A stretch of 64,000 nucleotides of DNA from Ignavibacteriota bacterium. GTDB taxonomy: Bacteria > Bacteroidota > Ignavibacteria > Palsa-1295. This document shows, piece after piece, positions 19,369 through 28,375 of this stretch. The stretch spans positions 1,696,001 to 1,760,000 of the forward strand of contig CAWBEI010000002.1 of the NCBI GenBank assembly GCA_963787835.1. The letters are read 5' to 3'. The translations under genes and the position numbers were made by a program. A model generated the notes under the pieces. It had not been told where the DNA came from. It worked only from the letters and a program-made list of their open reading frames with translations, and did not search any database. Positions within the stretch are counted from its first letter, which is position 1. The number at the start of each line of letters is the position of its first letter.

Positions 19369-20292
19369 TCATGAGAGGGCCTTTGCAAGGCTGTCCGATA
19401 GCTTTTTCATTGGAAGCGTGAATGTGTCTCGCCATTCTTGTGCATCCTTTGGGTTATGCACGTAATTGCCGCTCTTTAGCATCAACACTTCATCGAGTGA
19501 GATCGGAAAGAACGGAAACCTTCCCAGCAGATGCGCCACTGATGAAATAACCCAGATCGGAATATGGATCGGCGGTTTTTTCGAGCCCATCGCATGAGCG
19601 ATTAGAATAACAAGTTCGCGATAGGCCATCATATCGGGGCCACCGATCTCATACGTTTTTCCAATGGTTTCGGGTTTCGCGAGCGATTGCACAATGGTTT
19701 GTGACACATCGTCAACGGATGCCGGCTGGAAAAGGAACGTGCCATCTCCGATGATCGGCACGAACGGGGCCATGCGAATAGCCTTCGCCACTTCATCGAC
19801 AAAATTATGCTGCTTGCGGGGGCGGTCATCGAAAATAAGCGAAGGGCGAAGGATCGTCCAATCGAGGTTGCTCGTCCGGACAAGTTGTTCGGCTTCCCAC
19901 TTTGTCCGATAATATCCGGTCATGGAATTTGCTCCCACGCCAAGCGCGGACATTTGGATCCAACGAGTAACACCCGCTTGCGTCGCTGCAGCCAGCAGAT
20001 TGCGAACCCCTTCGACGTGCACCGAGCGAAAGGTGATCGATTTGCCAGGAAATTCGCGCAACAAACCCGGGAGATAAATGATAGCATCTATATCCCGAGG
20101 AACAGCCGTGAGCATAGACTCTGCATTTGAAACATTACCTTTGACGATGGTTACCTCTGGATTTCTCCTTGCTATCTCGTCAGAAGAGCGATCCGAATGT
20201 ACCAGCGCGACGACATGATGATCGGCAACGAGAAGATCCTCCAGCACCCTCGAACCGACATACCCCGATGCCCCAGCGAGAAAAATGTTCAT
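19369..20292 (-). CDS. NAD(P)-binding SDR, complex I NDUFA9-like family
   Basis: GASGYVG, MSALG, YYRTKWEAE, RPSLIF and YEIGGP. Confidence 0.88.
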   Translation of the reverse strand: MNIFLAGASGYVGSRVLEDLLVADHHVVALVHSDRSSDEIARRNPEVTIVKGNVSNAESMLTAVPRDIDAIIYLPGLLREFPGKSITFRSVHVEGVRNLLAAATQAGVTRWIQMSALGVGANSMTGYYRTKWEAEQLVRTSNLDWTILRPSLIFDDRPRKQHNFVDEVAKAIRMAPFVPIIGDGTFLFQPASVDDVSQTIVQSLAKPETIGKTYEIGGPDMMAYRELVILIAHAMGSKKPPIHIPIWVISSVAHLLGRFPFFPISLDEVLMLKSGNYVHNPKDAQEWRDTFTLPMKKLSDSLAKALS

Positions 20293-20298
20293 ATTTTA

Positions 20299-20443
20299 TG
20301 AATTAAGAATTAAAAAATAAGAGTTAAGAATTAGGAATTTGGAATTGCGCTACGATCATTGATGAAACTGGAGTCCGAGGTCGGTGCTTTTGTGGATCAT
20401 ACTATTCGGACTTCTAACTATTAATTCTTAATTCTTAATTCAC
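20299..20443. repeat. Inverted pair of heptamer (AAGAATT-like) tandem tracts in a divergent intergenic region
   Basis: tgaattaagaattaaaaaataagagttaagaattaggaatt (from 20299) versus cttctaactattaattcttaattcttaattca (20411-20442). Confidence 0.75.
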
Positions 20444-20458
20444 AATTTTACCAAAATC

Positions 20459-21154
20459 ATGTTCACGGGCATCATTGAAGAACTCGGCACAATCGTTGAC
20501 CAAAATATAACAGGAACATCACTCTGTCTCAAAATTGAGGCAGGGCGAATTTTCTCAGAGATCTCTGATGGGGCAGAAAAACCTCAAAATGGGCTAAAAA
20601 TAGGGGATTCCATTGCTGTCAATGGCGTATGCCTCACGGCGACGGAAATCGGATCAAGCATGATCGGTCATGCGCTGCCCTATTTTAAGGTCACTGCAGT
20701 AGAGGAAACTCTTGAGAAAACGACGTTCGGTTCATTGATAGTTAGGAATAAGGATAAGGTCAGCACCCATGGATCGGTACCCAAAACCGGCCCGGTGGTC
20801 AACCTTGAGCGAGCAGTTATGCTCGAGACACGTTTAGGCGGGCATCTCGTCCAGGGACATGTCGATGGCGTTGCGGCTATTCGAGATATCCAGGATAAGA
20901 ACGGAAGCTGGGAATTCAGCTTCACTATTGCTCCGGAGATGACCCGGTATCTGACGTCCAAAGGCTCGATTGCCATCGATGGCGTCAGCCTGACGGTTGC
21001 ATCCATCGAACAGTCCTGCTTGACGGTTGCGATCATTCCCCACACCTACTATCATACGAACTTCCAGTTTTTGAAAATTGGCGACATGGTCAATGTGGAG
21101 TTCGACATCATTGCAAAAATGGTCGAGCGTCTCGTGAGGCCGTATCAGTCATAG
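20459..21154 (+). CDS. ribE: Riboflavin synthase
   Basis: N-terminal MFTGIIEE, GDSIAVNGVCLT, GGHLVQGHVD and KGSIAIDGVSLT. Confidence 0.95.
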   Translation: MFTGIIEELGTIVDQNITGTSLCLKIEAGRIFSEISDGAEKPQNGLKIGDSIAVNGVCLTATEIGSSMIGHALPYFKVTAVEETLEKTTFGSLIVRNKDKVSTHGSVPKTGPVVNLERAVMLETRLGGHLVQGHVDGVAAIRDIQDKNGSWEFSFTIAPEMTRYLTSKGSIAIDGVSLTVASIEQSCLTVAIIPHTYYHTNFQFLKIGDMVNVEFDIIAKMVERLVRPYQS

Positions 21155-21238
21155 AAAAAAGTAGTAAGCGAGTTATTATTAAGTATTAGATCGTGTGCCT
21201 ACATTAAGGATACATGCACCTAAATAAGGATAAGAGCA

Positions 21239-22894
21239 ATGTCTAAGGGCGGCGGAGCTGGAAAAGTTTATTTCATCTTGTACCTGGCGGTTCTGTTGGA
21301 ACTGCTCATCATTATTGTCGAGCGTGACGATGCCGAAGATGCGCTGAAGAAGGAAAAGGAAGAACTTCTTCGCAAGACCAAGCGCATTCAGCTTATTGCG
21401 GAGACGATCATTAATTCGCTTCGCGGCTCTCCAACGGCGGTGAGCGCCACTTCAGACCAGAGCATGGTCTTGGGCGATAAGACCGAAGCCAACGGCCGAA
21501 TGTTCAATGTTCGCATTCGTTTGGCAGACCCGAAACACGATACTGTTAAGGAGCTCGACCTGCATATTCTGCGAAACAATGCAGAAATGGCGACCCTCAA
21601 TCTCGCGGGGGATTCCAGCCTCTATCCACGGACGCGCGAAGGTAACGACTTTATCTTCTCCTACGCATTCAAGCCGCAGTTCGGCGCAGGGGAATACAAG
21701 CTTCATTTCGATGCGCGTACCAACCAGGTTGTTGGCGTTACCCAAACGGCTTCACCGGACGATACGGTAAAGATCGGCGCGGTGCACCTTACCGTAAAAG
21801 AATTAAAGGAAGTGAAGGATGGTATTTCCGAAAATATCGGGTTGCGTGGATATATTGATTCCCTTCTCAACGGTGGCTATGAGAATTTCTCTGCCAATAT
21901 TGGTTCTAATGAATTTACGGTTAATGTAAAACCGCCGCAGGAAGTCGATCAGCTTAAGATCTTCCCGCAGGAACAGAACTTCGCTTCGTTCCCGTCGCTG
22001 GATCTTCCGAATGCCGTGAAGATCGAGGGTGCTACGATCTCCGGACCGCAAGGCGTGAAGATCACGAAAGTCGATGGCCCCGGAGAGATCATTCAGGTTG
22101 ATTCGAACTTCTACTGGACCTGGAAACCGGACGCATCCGCGATCGGCCAGACCTATACCGTCAAGCTTGCCGGTAAAGCCAATCGTAATGGTGCACAGAA
22201 AGATCAGGCTACTACCACGTTCAGTGTGGTCGTGGATAAGATGGAGAAGGCTAATGCATCGCCCTACTTCCCAGAGAATAAGAAGACACACGAAGCATTA
22301 CCTTATACAAGTATTCCATTCAAAGCAAATGAGCAATTCGCTAATCTCAATGGTGCTTATAAAACCGAGATCGATATTAATGGAACGAAGGTGAAGGAGT
22401 CAGCAGAACCGACGATCGAATATACGCCGGAATTTTTGAAAGATGAAGGCAAGTCCATTGAGGTCAAGGCGTTCTATAAATCGGAGTTTATGAAGGATTA
22501 TGTCCAACTTGACGATCAGACGTTCAAGATTGCTTATCCTCCTTTCGTTGCTGCCTCCGAAGGAGATATTACCGCCGGGGATCAGTTCTATGTGAAGGCT
22601 GCACTTGGTCTTCCTAACTTTTATCAGGAAATTGGTGCCGATCACATTGACCTACAGTCGGATGGCTATTTGGAGCCAACTGCGAAAAAACAGCCGGGTC
22701 AGGGAATGAAAATTGAATTTGTTGCAAATACGACGACCAAAGCAAATGGCATTAAAAAGAAGGATGGGCAGACGATTGACGTTACCGCAACAGACCCAAT
22801 TACTCACCAATCGCAGACATTTTCGGTCACAATTTCTCCGAAAGTGCAAGCCAAGAAGGGCTTTGGGGGTGGTGGAGGTGGCGGGATACACTAA
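21239..22894 (+). CDS. Single-pass inner-membrane protein with long periplasmic beta/Ig region, GldM/PorM-like architecture
   Basis: Short Gly/Lys N-terminus, TM helix VYFILYLAVLLELLIIIV, coiled coil, then repeated beta-sandwich-like segments. Confidence 0.55.
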   Translation: MSKGGGAGKVYFILYLAVLLELLIIIVERDDAEDALKKEKEELLRKTKRIQLIAETIINSLRGSPTAVSATSDQSMVLGDKTEANGRMFNVRIRLADPKHDTVKELDLHILRNNAEMATLNLAGDSSLYPRTREGNDFIFSYAFKPQFGAGEYKLHFDARTNQVVGVTQTASPDDTVKIGAVHLTVKELKEVKDGISENIGLRGYIDSLLNGGYENFSANIGSNEFTVNVKPPQEVDQLKIFPQEQNFASFPSLDLPNAVKIEGATISGPQGVKITKVDGPGEIIQVDSNFYWTWKPDASAIGQTYTVKLAGKANRNGAQKDQATTTFSVVVDKMEKANASPYFPENKKTHEALPYTSIPFKANEQFANLNGAYKTEIDINGTKVKESAEPTIEYTPEFLKDEGKSIEVKAFYKSEFMKDYVQLDDQTFKIAYPPFVAASEGDITAGDQFYVKAALGLPNFYQEIGADHIDLQSDGYLEPTAKKQPGQGMKIEFVANTTTKANGIKKKDGQTIDVTATDPITHQSQTFSVTISPKVQAKKGFGGGGGGGIH

Positions 22895-22982
22895 CGTTTT
22901 TTGATGGTGGGCCTCTTCCCTGAAGTTTGGAGGAGAGGCCACGAATTTCAAACAGATTTTTATTCGCGTATTGAATTAATTT

Positions 22983-24698
22983 ATGAGACTTACGATCCCT
23001 GTTCTTCCGAAGAAGTTCTTGAGCATGTCGATGCTATTGCTTTCGATCTTTATTCCTTTTGTGGCAATCCATGCACAATCTGCCGGCCCCGTGACCGACT
23101 CACTGAAAGCGATTACGCTCCGAAATGAGAAGATGTATCGCATGCTGAGTAACATGGAAGACAAAGGCGCTGATTATGTATTCACCAACGTGACCGCATG
23201 GAAGATTACCGATCCGGATCTTCAAGCACAGATCATTAAAGCTTATACTACGAAATATGGAGAGAAGCAGCTGAAAAATTTCGACATCGCGGACGTCTAT
23301 GTTTTCTCCGCTCCTACTGGTGTGGAGCGGTATCAGCCATTTCATGTTTTGTTCATGGGTACAAGAAGAAAAGACGTCGATACATCTGGCGGGGGCAATA
23401 CCGATATTACATTTTTAGGCACACGACACAAGGCCAATACCAATGAAAAAGTACCTGTAGCATTCAAAGGTCGTGAAGTGATTCGTATGATGCAACAAAA
23501 CCCAGCACTTATGGACGACATTAACGCTGTTCAGGGAGAGATTGTCGAATTGCCCGGAGAACTTGCCCCGCGGGGTGCTCAAGTCGTAAAAAATTCCGAT
23601 GAACGGTACATTTTTCATCAGATGTTCACCGGATTTTATTCGAGAACAACGATGATCAACGAGCAGTACCGTGCCCTGAATCTGCCGACGATGGATGAAG
23701 AAGGGGCGCCAATCGATTCCAATGCTGTTCCTATCCCGACGGAAGCTGACGAATCGGGTGAGAATGGAGCAGGCTCTCCGATGCTCAGTGCTGAAGACCT
23801 CGATTCCCGCGCGTTCCGCTATCAGAAGATCGTCGATCTTTCGATCGATCATCTTACAGTCAATCTTTCACGTCAGAATCAACTCGAAGTTGCACTTGGC
23901 AATCCCGAAGTTGGCCTTCCGTTCTGGTCGAGCGGGGAAGCATCGGTGCTGCTCAATATGCGAAATCAGATCGGAACCGAAAGCGATTTTAAGATCGGCG
24001 TGGATTTCCCGAATTTCGGACTCGGAAATGTCAGCAATTCGTTGTTCGAGCCGCGTGAGCTTTCAGGCTCCTGGGGTGGGACGGTATCCGCGTATTTTGC
24101 GGGGCTCGACTTTTTTTCTGCCTTCAATCTTCCGCTTGCCTTTAATTTTTCGGTATTCCCGTCGGGCGGTTCGAACTCATCGATCATCTATAATGGGGTA
24201 GCGGGTACAGTTCCCACTCCCATATATAACGGTCCGACGACCGTTGCCGCAGGTCAGACGTTTTACCGGACAGCATTCATTGGGCAATTATACATTCCGT
24301 TTATCGTCCAGCTCGATCCGGCGAGCTTTGTGCAGTTCTCGGCAGGTATCGGTGTCGATGAGGTCAAGTTAAGCTGGATACCGGCCAATAACGATACGGC
24401 GTCAAAATATGGCTACGGTACCGGGCAGGGCGGAGATGTACAGGACTTGCTTTATAATGGCAAAAGCAATGTATCGACTCCGTTCACTCCGCACGTTGCG
24501 ATAGAATATGTCAATCACCGGTCGAACAAGTTTGGGCTGGATTTCCAATACGACCACTTATTCACGTTCGGCGGGTGGCTCGAATTAGTCCCGGATCATC
24601 TGCGGCTCGAAGCGTCCTATACCGCTCCGCTCGTACGCGACGCGCTTCCTTACGAACCGCCGTACTTCTTTGAAATCACCCCACGCATTTATTTCTAA
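22983..24698 (+). CDS. Hypothetical outer-membrane protein (N-terminal periplasmic domain + C-terminal beta-barrel)
   Basis: Signal peptide IHA|Q, amphipathic strands, C-terminal ITPRIYF; paralog of the next gene. Confidence 0.65.
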   Translation: MRLTIPVLPKKFLSMSMLLLSIFIPFVAIHAQSAGPVTDSLKAITLRNEKMYRMLSNMEDKGADYVFTNVTAWKITDPDLQAQIIKAYTTKYGEKQLKNFDIADVYVFSAPTGVERYQPFHVLFMGTRRKDVDTSGGGNTDITFLGTRHKANTNEKVPVAFKGREVIRMMQQNPALMDDINAVQGEIVELPGELAPRGAQVVKNSDERYIFHQMFTGFYSRTTMINEQYRALNLPTMDEEGAPIDSNAVPIPTEADESGENGAGSPMLSAEDLDSRAFRYQKIVDLSIDHLTVNLSRQNQLEVALGNPEVGLPFWSSGEASVLLNMRNQIGTESDFKIGVDFPNFGLGNVSNSLFEPRELSGSWGGTVSAYFAGLDFFSAFNLPLAFNFSVFPSGGSNSSIIYNGVAGTVPTPIYNGPTTVAAGQTFYRTAFIGQLYIPFIVQLDPASFVQFSAGIGVDEVKLSWIPANNDTASKYGYGTGQGGDVQDLLYNGKSNVSTPFTPHVAIEYVNHRSNKFGLDFQYDHLFTFGGWLELVPDHLRLEASYTAPLVRDALPYEPPYFFEITPRIYF

Positions 24699-24720
24699 TA
24701 TGATCAGAAGCCAACGAACA

Positions 24721-26118
24721 ATGAAAATCTCAAGGTATCAGACAATGAAGAATTTTTTGGGTCTGCTTCTGGCCATCGCGTCGATCGGAGTCCTCTCGAT
24801 GGGCTTCGTTCACGATGTGCATGCGCAACAGGGCGAACAGCAGCCGCAATCGCCACAGCTTACCGCCGGCGATTCTTTAGCTAACGCAAAAGAAGAGAAT
24901 AAGACGCTTGAAACCATTTTGCGCTCGATTAACTCAATCGATACTGCGCGGCAGAATGAATTGATTCAGTGGATCATCACTGATCGCGCTATTCGCTCGC
25001 GAGTAATCAGTGCATTACGTAAGTCCGGTGCGATCCTTCCCCCTAATTCTGTTGCGGAAATGACCGTTACGCAAGTACCTCCTAATCAATATAACGATCA
25101 GGATCAGTTGCTTCGTCTTGTCATCCAGTCGGTCGGAGTATATGGTGATGCTAATATCAAACGGGTGCTTGGTAGTGATCTCTATGATAGAATTAATTCG
25201 CGACAAAACTATGAGTTCACCCTCATTTCAACGGCTCCGGAACAGGAGAAGATCCAGTTCATTAAAATGAACGCCTCGCTGTTTGGCGGCGATATGGTGT
25301 TTAAGTCAGGATTTGGCTTTGCTATAAATGTCGGTGATGATTTCGACGGCTATCCATTTTGGCTTCCGGGTACGATCGGCACGTACGGTATTGTCAATGA
25401 TGGCCTGACGGATTTCCGTATTGGAATAGAATGGCCGCTTGGAGAATCAGGTGAGACACCATTTGTCGTTTCACAGGGTCTGCAGATACGCCAGCGTTTG
25501 CTGGTGGGTGCAGAAGCCTTCGATGTTGGTCTGAAGCAGGATCTTGGAGTACTTCAGACCCAATCAGGAAAGTTAACCATTGGTGCGGAGTTCCGCGATG
25601 CGTTCACGCCTTCGGTCACAAGTTTCCCAGGGCTTGCACTCGAACAGCAGTATGAGACGGATGGGCCAATGAACAGAAATGGTATTCATGGCGCTGCGGA
25701 CAGCCTTTACTATCTGGCGCTCTCGGCTCATGCCTATCTTTCCTACCAATTCCCGAACCAATCGCTCGCAGGAGCTTACGTTCAACTTGGAGGAGGAATA
25801 CATGCCATCCAGCCGGTGACCGTTGGTCAGCCGCCGTATCAGGATCCCACGATGCCAAACACGGATCTCTATTTCGACACACGCCAGACGTACTTCGACC
25901 CGTTCATCAAGCTTGGTTATGTGCATTCCGATGCATCGGGTGAACTCTATTCAGTCAGTGTGCAATATTCCAACACACTGTTGACAGATGCATGGGTACG
26001 GCTTTTTTCATGGCTGGAAATCGAAGCGAAGTATGCGTCCGTTATTGGCCGCAATCCTTACCCATGGGAATGGAAGGACTATGTAATGGTCTCGCCGAAG
26101 CTGATACTTAATTTCTAA
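24721..26118 (+). CDS. Hypothetical outer-membrane protein, paralog of 22983-24698
   Basis: Signal peptide VHA|Q; shared WxITD and GxPFW motifs; C-terminal VSPKLILNF; start could also be 24700 or 24745. Confidence 0.65.
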   Translation: MKISRYQTMKNFLGLLLAIASIGVLSMGFVHDVHAQQGEQQPQSPQLTAGDSLANAKEENKTLETILRSINSIDTARQNELIQWIITDRAIRSRVISALRKSGAILPPNSVAEMTVTQVPPNQYNDQDQLLRLVIQSVGVYGDANIKRVLGSDLYDRINSRQNYEFTLISTAPEQEKIQFIKMNASLFGGDMVFKSGFGFAINVGDDFDGYPFWLPGTIGTYGIVNDGLTDFRIGIEWPLGESGETPFVVSQGLQIRQRLLVGAEAFDVGLKQDLGVLQTQSGKLTIGAEFRDAFTPSVTSFPGLALEQQYETDGPMNRNGIHGAADSLYYLALSAHAYLSYQFPNQSLAGAYVQLGGGIHAIQPVTVGQPPYQDPTMPNTDLYFDTRQTYFDPFIKLGYVHSDASGELYSVSVQYSNTLLTDAWVRLFSWLEIEAKYASVIGRNPYPWEWKDYVMVSPKLILNF

Positions 26119-26152
26119 ATGGATAGATCATTTTGCCGAATGGCTAAAATTT

Positions 26153-26180
26153 ATGGGGCGATCTTTACAGATCGCCCCAT
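26153..26180. terminator. Probable bidirectional terminator between convergent genes
   Basis: atggggcgatct-ttac-agatcgccccat hairpin with A/T-rich flanks. Confidence 0.7.
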
Positions 26181-26218
26181 TCAATTTTAGGATGGTGCTC
26201 GATAAAGTTCAAATGGCT

Positions 26219-27337
26219 TTATTTTGCGATCCAGCTTGAATGCAGGATGCCATTGTTGTATTTGGTGTCGAACGTCTTGAATAAATAAGAAGTATCTGAT
26301 TTTGAAGCCTGAATGAGCGTCCGATCGTTCGTCTTTTCCCTTGCCGATTTTCCATTAGCGGCTGCCGACAAGAATTGGCGAACATCTTCGACGGCCGGCG
26401 GCGGATTCCCAGCCTCGCTTGATTTTGCCGGTGCTTGCACGATCTCTTCGGTCACAATACTTCGCAGCAGCTTTGGCCACATCGCTGCGAGCAACGTGTG
26501 TGAACTATAACGCTCTGCTCCGGTAATGACGCCGTTGAGGGCATAGACGAAGCCGACCGCGTGATCGTCATCCCGAACAAGATCCTGGAATTTCCTTTCG
26601 ATACCGTGTTTGCGATCGGCGAGCGCGGGGTTTTCCAGCGATAGCTCCAGGCTCGTGGGCGAGGCATTCCGCGTAACGCTATCCATTAATATTGCAGTGA
26701 GCTTTCTCTGCAGGGTCGAAACATCGTTCCAGACCGACTCCTGGGCTGCATCCACGACGCCGAACGGCTGCGGCATATCTTGCAGCGATTTCAACAGATT
26801 AAGTTGGTTGGTGTCGGGTGCCGTGAATCCTCCAACGTGCGGAGTCAGTAATTGTTCGGTCAGGTCATGCTGGGTAACAAGTCGTGTATGGGATAACGGC
26901 GCCATCCAATGAGAGGAACTGAATGTTTCCAGTGGTTCGGAACCACGTTTGGTAGATCGCCCTTTCTCGATACAAAAAACGTTCAGATCTTCCGACGTAT
27001 CGTGCCCAGGGACGATCATATCATTTTGAACCATCCGGTCCTGCTGCCCTCCCTTGATGAGATCCGAGGATTCCAGGAAGAGATCGGTATCCGAGCGGTT
27101 TTCGATCCATAGTTTCTGGCTGTTGTTCTCGTGAATGACCGCGCTCCCGCTTTGAAGCGCCTCCTCCAGCGTAAGGATGGGAGGGTGAACCTTGGCAGCA
27201 GGAGCAACCTCATCGATCATCCAAAACGTGAGAGGCCCAGCGGTTTTAGGCTCGCGCACGATCGTAGAATCCCCTTCGGCCAGTGCGGGGCTGGCGGCAC
27301 AACAAAGGAGTAAAAGAAATTTCGGAACCAGCTTCAT
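26219..27337 (-). CDS. Secreted ARPP-1/DUF6569-like protein
   Basis: LIKGGQQDR, VFCIEKGR, QESVW and WPKLLRS motifs; signal peptide ALA|E. Confidence 0.7.
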   Translation of the reverse strand: MKLVPKFLLLLCCAASPALAEGDSTIVREPKTAGPLTFWMIDEVAPAAKVHPPILTLEEALQSGSAVIHENNSQKLWIENRSDTDLFLESSDLIKGGQQDRMVQNDMIVPGHDTSEDLNVFCIEKGRSTKRGSEPLETFSSSHWMAPLSHTRLVTQHDLTEQLLTPHVGGFTAPDTNQLNLLKSLQDMPQPFGVVDAAQESVWNDVSTLQRKLTAILMDSVTRNASPTSLELSLENPALADRKHGIERKFQDLVRDDDHAVGFVYALNGVITGAERYSSHTLLAAMWPKLLRSIVTEEIVQAPAKSSEAGNPPPAVEDVRQFLSAAANGKSAREKTNDRTLIQASKSDTSYLFKTFDTKYNNGILHSSWIAK

Positions 27338-27432
27338 CGAAGTTTCCTACGATCCATAGCGGTAAAAAGTTTTACTGGTCTTAAAAAATTCAACGGCTTC
27401 TGAAAAGCACGTTCAGCCGATCTTAAGGAAAA

Positions 27433-28188
27433 TTACCGCACTTCGAATACTACTTTCAATTGTGCATTTTCAGAAAGAGTATTTGGTTGCTGTTTGGCAT
27501 CCTTTGATTTGGATTTGCCACCATGTTCCCGTTCTTCTTCCTCTTCACCGCCTTTCGCGGGAGCAGCAGATGCAGTTTCATCACCCGCCTCTGAAATGGA
27601 AATAATATCGCCGACGGTCTTTCCCATTTCCTTTGCGATAGAGGCTGCTTCTTTACGCGCGTTCTCTATCGCGTTATTTATGGCTTCCGTGTGCAGTGAA
27701 CGTCCCGGCGCAAGTCCGAAGCCATCGACATTGACCGCGCTTGCTCCGCTCTGTGTTGCAAGATCAATGATGCGCGGCAGATCTTTCACATTTTCAAGTT
27801 GCACCTCGAGCGGTGTATCGAGCCTGTACCCGATGATACGGGTTCCATTCTGCCCGTACTCCATATTCGGCATTAAGTGGAATGGCTGTTCGGTAATATC
27901 CTTCGCATCGACTCCTGCATTCACAAGAGCATCTTCAAGATGTTTTAGGACATCATTTTGCTTGACGAACAGCCCGGTCGCGGTTTGATCGCCGCTCGAA
28001 ACAGTTAGGCCAAGTGTAACGCGTTCTGCAACGGCGCCTGCGGATCCGCTTGCGAGCACGGTGATCGTGCGGCCCATCATCGGCATCGGTGGCTGCATCG
28101 GCTGTTGCGCGTTAGCAGCAGTGCTCAAGAACCAGCATGCTGTTGTGACTACTGCGAGGGTGGAATTCTTCTTCATCATAATGAACAT
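27433..28188 (-). CDS. SIMPL-domain (DUF541) periplasmic protein
   Basis: Signal peptide; RTITVxASG, GYR and AIENARKEAASIAKEMG..VG. Confidence 0.85.
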   Translation of the reverse strand: MFIMMKKNSTLAVVTTACWFLSTAANAQQPMQPPMPMMGRTITVLASGSAGAVAERVTLGLTVSSGDQTATGLFVKQNDVLKHLEDALVNAGVDAKDITEQPFHLMPNMEYGQNGTRIIGYRLDTPLEVQLENVKDLPRIIDLATQSGASAVNVDGFGLAPGRSLHTEAINNAIENARKEAASIAKEMGKTVGDIISISEAGDETASAAPAKGGEEEEEREHGGKSKSKDAKQQPNTLSENAQLKVVFEVR

Positions 28189-28375
28189 TGAAAAAGTTAA
28201 GACGTTGTATCGTTACAAATTTACAAAAATTGTATGATCCTGTTAAAAAAAGAACACCTCGCCCTCACAAACTATTACATACGCGGAATTGTATTCAATG
28301 GTAAAATTAATCCCCTGCGGCATTGTTCCGCCATGTATTAAAAGCTCACTCTTTCATTTTCATTCTTGTTCATAA

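Noticed and set aside
20293-20458. Possible FMN riboswitch upstream of riboflavin synthase
   Set aside because: No RFN consensus; the short region is largely heptamer tracts
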